DNA of 64,000 nt, from NCBI GenBank assembly GCA_024704765.1, contig JAKMXF010000362.1, forward strand, positions 62,001 to 126,000, read 5' to 3'. The stretch's first letter is position 1. Every line of letters starts with the position of its first letter. Source of the stretch: Oopsacas minuta (Eukaryota > Animalia > Porifera). The notes beneath the pieces are model-generated. The model did not search any database and was not told the origin of the DNA. It worked only from the letters and a program-made list of their open reading frames with translations. The position numbers were made by a program, and so were the translations under genes. Below, one piece after another: positions 58,167 to 64,000 of this stretch.

Positions 58167-60613
58167 ATATGTTTATTTACCTTCAATAAAACACTTGTGA
58201 AATGATTACAATTGTGCATATCTAGCAGCATCAGCGTTTTTATATTAGTTCATGGTTCTAGAATAATGCATAATTTCATATTATTGCATAGAGTATGTCA
58301 AAACAGTCAAGAATGGCAAAATCGGCAATAAAGTGATGTTCCATAAGTCACGCTAGCTGGGCCACTTAAACTATTTATTGATTCTTTATCTTGGATATTA
58401 CACTATACCGAGACTGCTAATCAAAGAGCTTGATTCGACAATCATAATATAATTTTCACATTAAGAGTGCATTCAGGTGCGTTGAGACGTCAGTAAGTCC
58501 ACTCTAGTCATTGGATGGGTCATTCAACACCCGTAGACGGTAGTTAGAACCTTGGAAATAGGACCTTTTCTTCGTCTAGCATGTTCTTATCTCAAATTTG
58601 ATGGATTATTATTTGTTATGAATCAACTAAATTTGCTTCTGATACGTCACAAAATTATAAGATGATGAGATGCCGCCGCGCCCGCATGATCAGATGGATC
58701 TCGTGCGGAGCTGAAACAAGTTTCTCATTAACAGTGGCCTTAGAAATATTTATTAATTTGTAACTCATGCTTTTTCATTATCTGGAAACTACCCGATATA
58801 TTTGTACATCTCTACGCTGATACTATGCTCTTCGGAAAGTATGACTCCTTCTTAGGAATTAATTTACAAGTATTGCGACCTTCTCAGTGAATATATGCAT
58901 AAATAAACTTTTTTGATCTAACATATTTTAGATAATGTATTAATGACACCACATAACTGACTGATTAGTCTACTATTTCCTTATCTATTTTTATCTTTGC
59001 TTGTTATGTATGTGCACAAAATCAATTTGGGTTTTCACTGTATTATGTAGTATACCATTAACCTTAATTTACTGGTGAATTGTACAATATTTGTCGTAAT
59101 CCTTTTTTGCAACTGTCGATAGATATTTGGCGAATTTACTTGCAACTTCGTGCTTTTTGCATAAGAGCATTAATTCGTCAATATTAATTGCAGTCTTATT
59201 TCTTAGTTATTTCGTATTTTCCTCCGAAAATATTGTTCCTTATGGATTTTCTTACCATTTGCACTCCCACTTTACAATTAACCGTCCCCTATGATTCTAA
59301 CTATACGGGAATTATGGTTATTGTTAGTGAATTACAGCATAGATTGAGGTTAGATTAGATAGATGTCATCAAATTTAGCCTTATTTTTTCATCAGCTGTA
59401 TTTCTTTGATGATCATTATTCATACCCAAAATTGTGCAAAATGTCAAAATCTGAATATATTTGAAATTAACTTATTTCGTTACAGTTTGCCAGTTTGGGG
59501 AGAATCCTCTGTAGTATTTATTAGTTAACTAAAACATAAATCCTGCAAATATATTCTATTGCAATAATAATGAATGAATATTATCTGTAAAGAGCCAATT
59601 ATCATGAAATGCAAGCATAAGAATGTGAATTGTATTTACAAATTTTGATGAATAAGTTTAGGCTGAAGTTTGATGACTTATTTTGATGCATCATAAAGGT
59701 TAACAATATCTGTGATTACTGGTATGCTTATTTTGCGATTTATAATGGAATCTGCTTAACGGTGGCTTGCACATAACGGCCACATAAATATAGTCCTGTG
59801 GGACGATTTTGATTAGCAATCGGCCACTCTATAGCGGCACCCTGTACGGTACAGTATGTTAACTTTTGTTCAATCCCCATCAGTAATTGTTATAGGCAAG
59901 TTTGACAGTACAGTAGAAATCTGATTATTTCGATATCCCTCGCCTTGGCCAGTGCCTAATTACATTTAGCTTACAATTACGCATAAAAGGGTATTTGTTA
60001 AAATATATATTTCATTTAAACTCCTTGAATGACTGTGCTAGACTTAGACGTATCGTATTATTACCCTTCAAATATTTTTCTTACAGATTACATAATTATG
60101 ATTCTTGTTGTTATGCATCATATTTTGTTATCTGCCCTTGACACTACAGTTGTGTGTTTGACGTAAACTTTAAATGAATGATTAAATATGTGTCTGATAA
60201 CATTATTTAATACATCTTGTGTATCTAAGAATTTTCCTTTGATGTTGTACTTATGTCATTAAAATATAATTATTATAAATGAATAATTCCTGAACTTAAT
60301 TACGTTAGGAATTCCATAACCATTTCTGGCTATTAGTTTCCCCCTACACGACATATGCTCATCTTTAATCGAATCTGTCGAAACACTGAATATTCTAAGG
60401 CGATTAATATATCATACATCATATTATTAAAACACAGATATTTGTGTGTGGAATATTGCTCTACATAACGATCATAGACAATTAATAATTTTATAATTTT
60501 GCTTATGACATTCAAGTTTATTCTAGTAGAAGGCCTGGCGGGTTATATTTCAGATTTACTTATAATTATTACTATTTTAATTAGGTAAATAGTTCAGAGT
60601 TGACAATACTGTT

Positions 60614-60688
60614 AATTACAGGCTGTACAATTACAGGCTGTACAATTACAGGCTGTACAATTACAGGCTGTACAATTACAGGCTGTAC
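60614..60688. repeat. Perfect tandem repeat, 15 bp x5
   Basis: AATTACAGGCTGTAC x5. Confidence 0.97.
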
Positions 60689-61545
60689 AAACTGATTTCA
60701 TTCTCTATTTTTGAGTTTACAACCAACATACATTGTATCAAAATAGTAATATCTGCTCAGCTGGTTTATAATGACTATTACGTATATTTACGCTGTATAG
60801 TGAATATGATTTATTTGTATTTAGCGTCTAAGTAGGAAAAAGTACGTATAAATTGTGAAACTTGTTTGACACGATCAGAGTAGTTCTTTGATATTTTGAC
60901 TAATTCAACTCACTAATCGAATTAATCAATGAAATAATTACGTTTAATGGGTTACTAATAATACACTTTATTTATATGTAACAATTCTGCTTCATTTGAA
61001 TAATGAATCTACACAGATTTTGCATTTTTTTCTGTTCTTAATATACGAATTTGTCTTGATAGTAGAAAAATTTGCTTCTCAATGAGGTTGTATGGAGATA
61101 ATCATAGTTTCAAGTTTTTTGCATATTATCTTCTCTGGTTAATAAACGCTAATTGAATTGTATATTTGTAAATCATACAGACAATACTTGTGATAATTTC
61201 AGAGCAGTTTTGTGAATTTACAATTATTCAATTCTGAGTTGCTGAGGTGCTTTTACGTTTTAGCACTGAGCATTTATTTTTGTGCGTGAACACATTATTG
61301 TATTTTCAAACTATTAATTTAATAATATTTGGTGATCAAATAAATTCTCTTAAATTTTCCTTGATACATGCGTATGAAATGCAAAGTGTTAATATGTTAA
61401 TTCAATTAAAATAATATATTTTGTGGATGTGTTGACGCAAAATTATAATTAATTCATTTTCCCCACGATTACACATTTTATCAATTCAATGTTCTCACGA
61501 CGGAATATTACTTTGTATTTTGACTAACTGGGGTACATGGTAGTA

Positions 61546-64000
61546 TACTACGTAACATAATTTTGTTTGGCTTCAATTTTTGATGTCCCCTTATGTTTTT
61601 TGGGTCGCTGAATTAAAAAATCGTGTTAGTTTTTCCATATCATCAATGCTTTTTGACGTATTTATACTTTTTGCTTTTTCCGACCAAGTTGTGTTGTTCA
61701 TTATATGCAAATTTGCCTACAGCTCTTGCAATAGATTTAAACACGTAGTGATGTGTTGATAAGTTTATTTGAACATGAAAATCACTACCAAACAGTACAT
61801 TGCTGTTTACAAGTCCTGAAGAAAACAGAACGCACTCATGTTAAAGCGTTAAAATACTTCAATAATGAACTGCTGAACGAGCTTTTCTTTTGTGACCAGA
61901 AATGTCTTCCCTTATCAAAAACCACATGTAATCGCCCATCATTGCACTGTCCCAGCGGCCCTGATACCGTCTTTCCATTGGCTGAATATCTTGGTGAAAT
62001 CTCTCACCATGTTCCTCCCTGAAATCCCCCAAATTTTCTTGAAAGAAGTCAAGATGAGAGAATAGAAAATGAATTTTCAACGACATGCGACATCCCATCT
62101 TTTGGTAGCTTGTGATCAGAGTTTTCACTATCTCTTCATAATTAGGGTCTTTGTTATTTCCTAGAAAGCCATTAACTACACCTCGAAATGCCTGCCATGC
62201 TTTTCTTTCTGTTTCGATCATTTTATCCTCCAGGGTTCTTGACTTTAACATGGTGGTTAGTTGGGGGCCAACTAATATTCCTCCCTTTAGTTTAGCATCT
62301 GATAATTTTGGAAACATTGCACGGATTTCTTGAAAAGCTTCTCCTTCAAATTCCAAAGCTTTAACAAATTGCTTCACTAAACCTAGTTTTATATGAAAAG
62401 GTGGTAGTAAAACTTTTTCCCGGCTTACAAGTGGCTCTTTGATGACATTGTACTTTCCTGGCATTAATTCTTTTCTTGGCGGCCATTGAATCTTCTTGTA
62501 GTGCTCTCCATCAGCTCTGCTGTTCCACAAAGAAAGAAAGCATGAGTATTTGGTGTAACCACCCTGCAGTCCCAACAAAACCCCAACATCTTAAAATCAC
62601 CACAAACATGCCAGTTAAATTCAGCATATTTTATTTTAAGCAGTAGTTGCTTGACAATTTCATAGTCTTCTTTCATTTGTATTGAATAAGCAAGTAGAAT
62701 TGACGGATATTTGTTCCCATTATGAGGTAAAACTCCTTTAAGACTTTTGGTCGAACTGTCAATAAAAAATCGCCACTGAGAAGGGTCATGTTCTATTCCA
62801 ACAGCATCAAACAAACCATTCACATCTTTGTAATAGCACAGACCCTGTATTACATCAAAGTAAACAGAATAGTCCAAGTGCCTCTTCCTGTAAGCAGTTA
62901 TTTTGCAATCATCACGCAGCAAATTCCACTCGCTTAATCTTGACGTCAATAGCTCTGCTGCAAATTTTGTTAGTTGCAGATCTCGTATTAAGTCATCTAA
63001 TTCTCTCTTAGGAGGATAATGACGATTTGCACTTGTTGATTGGGGATACTCCTCCTCAGCATCCGAAGTTTCACTTGATATCAAGTCTTCACATTCAGCA
63101 TTAAACTCCAACTAAAATGACAAGAATAAAACATAAGATGCAGATTGTGGGTCACCCTTACAGCATATAAGCTAGCGTAGCCTAATATTACAAAACATAA
63201 AACTACTTACATTTGCTGGTGGTTTTGGAACTGGTAAAGTTTCACTGAGGAACAGGTGCAATGGATGAAGGTATACTTGGATAAGTCAGTGCTCTTCTTT
63301 CTTTAACCTTGCGGTACTTAGCAGTATTTATCATACAAAAGTAACAATCATCATGATGGTTTTGTAGCTCTCTCCAAACTCTTGGAATAGCAAATGGCAT
63401 AACTCTAGCGGAACCCCTCAACCAACCTTCAAGATTAGATCGACAGCTGCCACAAATTACATGTGGGGCCCAGGCCTTTTGCTGACCCCAATGGGCATCC
63501 CAAAATACAGTCTATACGCTTCCCAATACATAGCTTCTTTTGATATTTTATTTGAAACATGTTTGCCGCCAACCTAATATCCACAAACATAGCATAATGA
63601 GTCAGGTGAATTCTTGCATTGTCTACTTAGCCATTGCAATTTCTAAATTTGAAAAACACTAACTTAACGTAAGAACAACCAGCAAGTTGTTTCTGCCTTC
63701 TCTGCTAAAGGCAGTTATACTGATGCTTATACTAGCTGCTGGTAGCTTATACTATTGATGTAAGTAAATACTTTCCAAGTGAAGGTACTGGATAGCAAAT
63801 AAACTATACACAAGAACGAAATCTCTAAGTTTTGCAATCCTACCCCAGCCTGAAAATCTGATGCTGTTTAAGCTGTGCATTCGCAGACACTTTAAGTGTG
63901 TCCCAGAGCTTAAAAAGACAAGAGACAGTGAAGGGAGTGGAAAATGTTTATCTTTATTGTTATAGCACAAAAGATTTTGATTGTGACGTAAATTTTGTTG
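61546..64000 (-). mobile_element. Decayed Chapaev3-like (CMC) DNA transposon, truncated by the window edge
   Basis: From ATG 63634: (fs)SRQCKNSPDSLCYVCG, MPFAIPRVWRE-x2-NHHDDCYFC, YPSIPSSIAPVPH; phase-0 intron 63112-63210; then FIDSS-x2-SLKGVL-x-HNGN, CGDFK, GLQGGYTKY, EHGERFHQDI, RYQG to the stop at 61859. Multiple frameshifts. Terminus-like TACTACGTAACATAATTT at 61546. Confidence 0.85.

Noticed and set aside
58200-59500. Possible decayed coding sequence on the minus strand (for example IDELMLLCKKHEVASKFAKYLS)
   Set aside because: It is broken by stops and I could not recognise any family motif.
54188-60688. 17-bp and 15-bp repeat arrays as CRISPR
   Set aside because: The units are head-to-tail without unique spacers, no cas genes are present, and the context is eukaryotic.
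1-64000. Prokaryotic origin or contamination suggested by long intronless ORFs
   Set aside because: Spliceosomal introns, Eph, USP14, POLR1E, TRAF, bZIP and eukaryotic transposons show an animal nuclear genome.

Overview
AT-rich, gene-dense animal nuclear DNA using the standard code, with GT-AG introns and mostly intronless CDSs. The gene style (many coiled-coil/NHL and TRAF-like family members, few introns) resembles a glass sponge such as Oopsacas; this is inference, not a database match. Host genes: TRAF-like protein; a 3-exon aldo-keto reductase whose second intron holds a complete same-strand sphingosine kinase; USP14; an intronless Eph receptor; an orphan multipass (about 7-TM) protein; a Rab-like protein with broken G motifs; a class I methyltransferase; LMF2; two tandem choline/carnitine acyltransferases; POLR1E/RPA49; a CNC-like bZIP; and a possible small 2-TM protein. 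There are six NHL-family copies, mostly broken, and a tRNA-Leu(CAA)-like sequence. Mobile DNA: an intact pogo/Tigger element, a decayed Mutator-like element with a PHD finger, a decayed Chapaev3-like element running off the right edge, and many MITEs. The most notable results are (1) the AKR/sphingosine-kinase nested locus, which has an in-frame splice acceptor, and (2) the acyltransferase pair, which is a mosaic of near-identical and divergent blocks, has a non-canonical acceptor pocket, and differs in a C-terminal -SKL signal. All alignments and identities were judged by eye.
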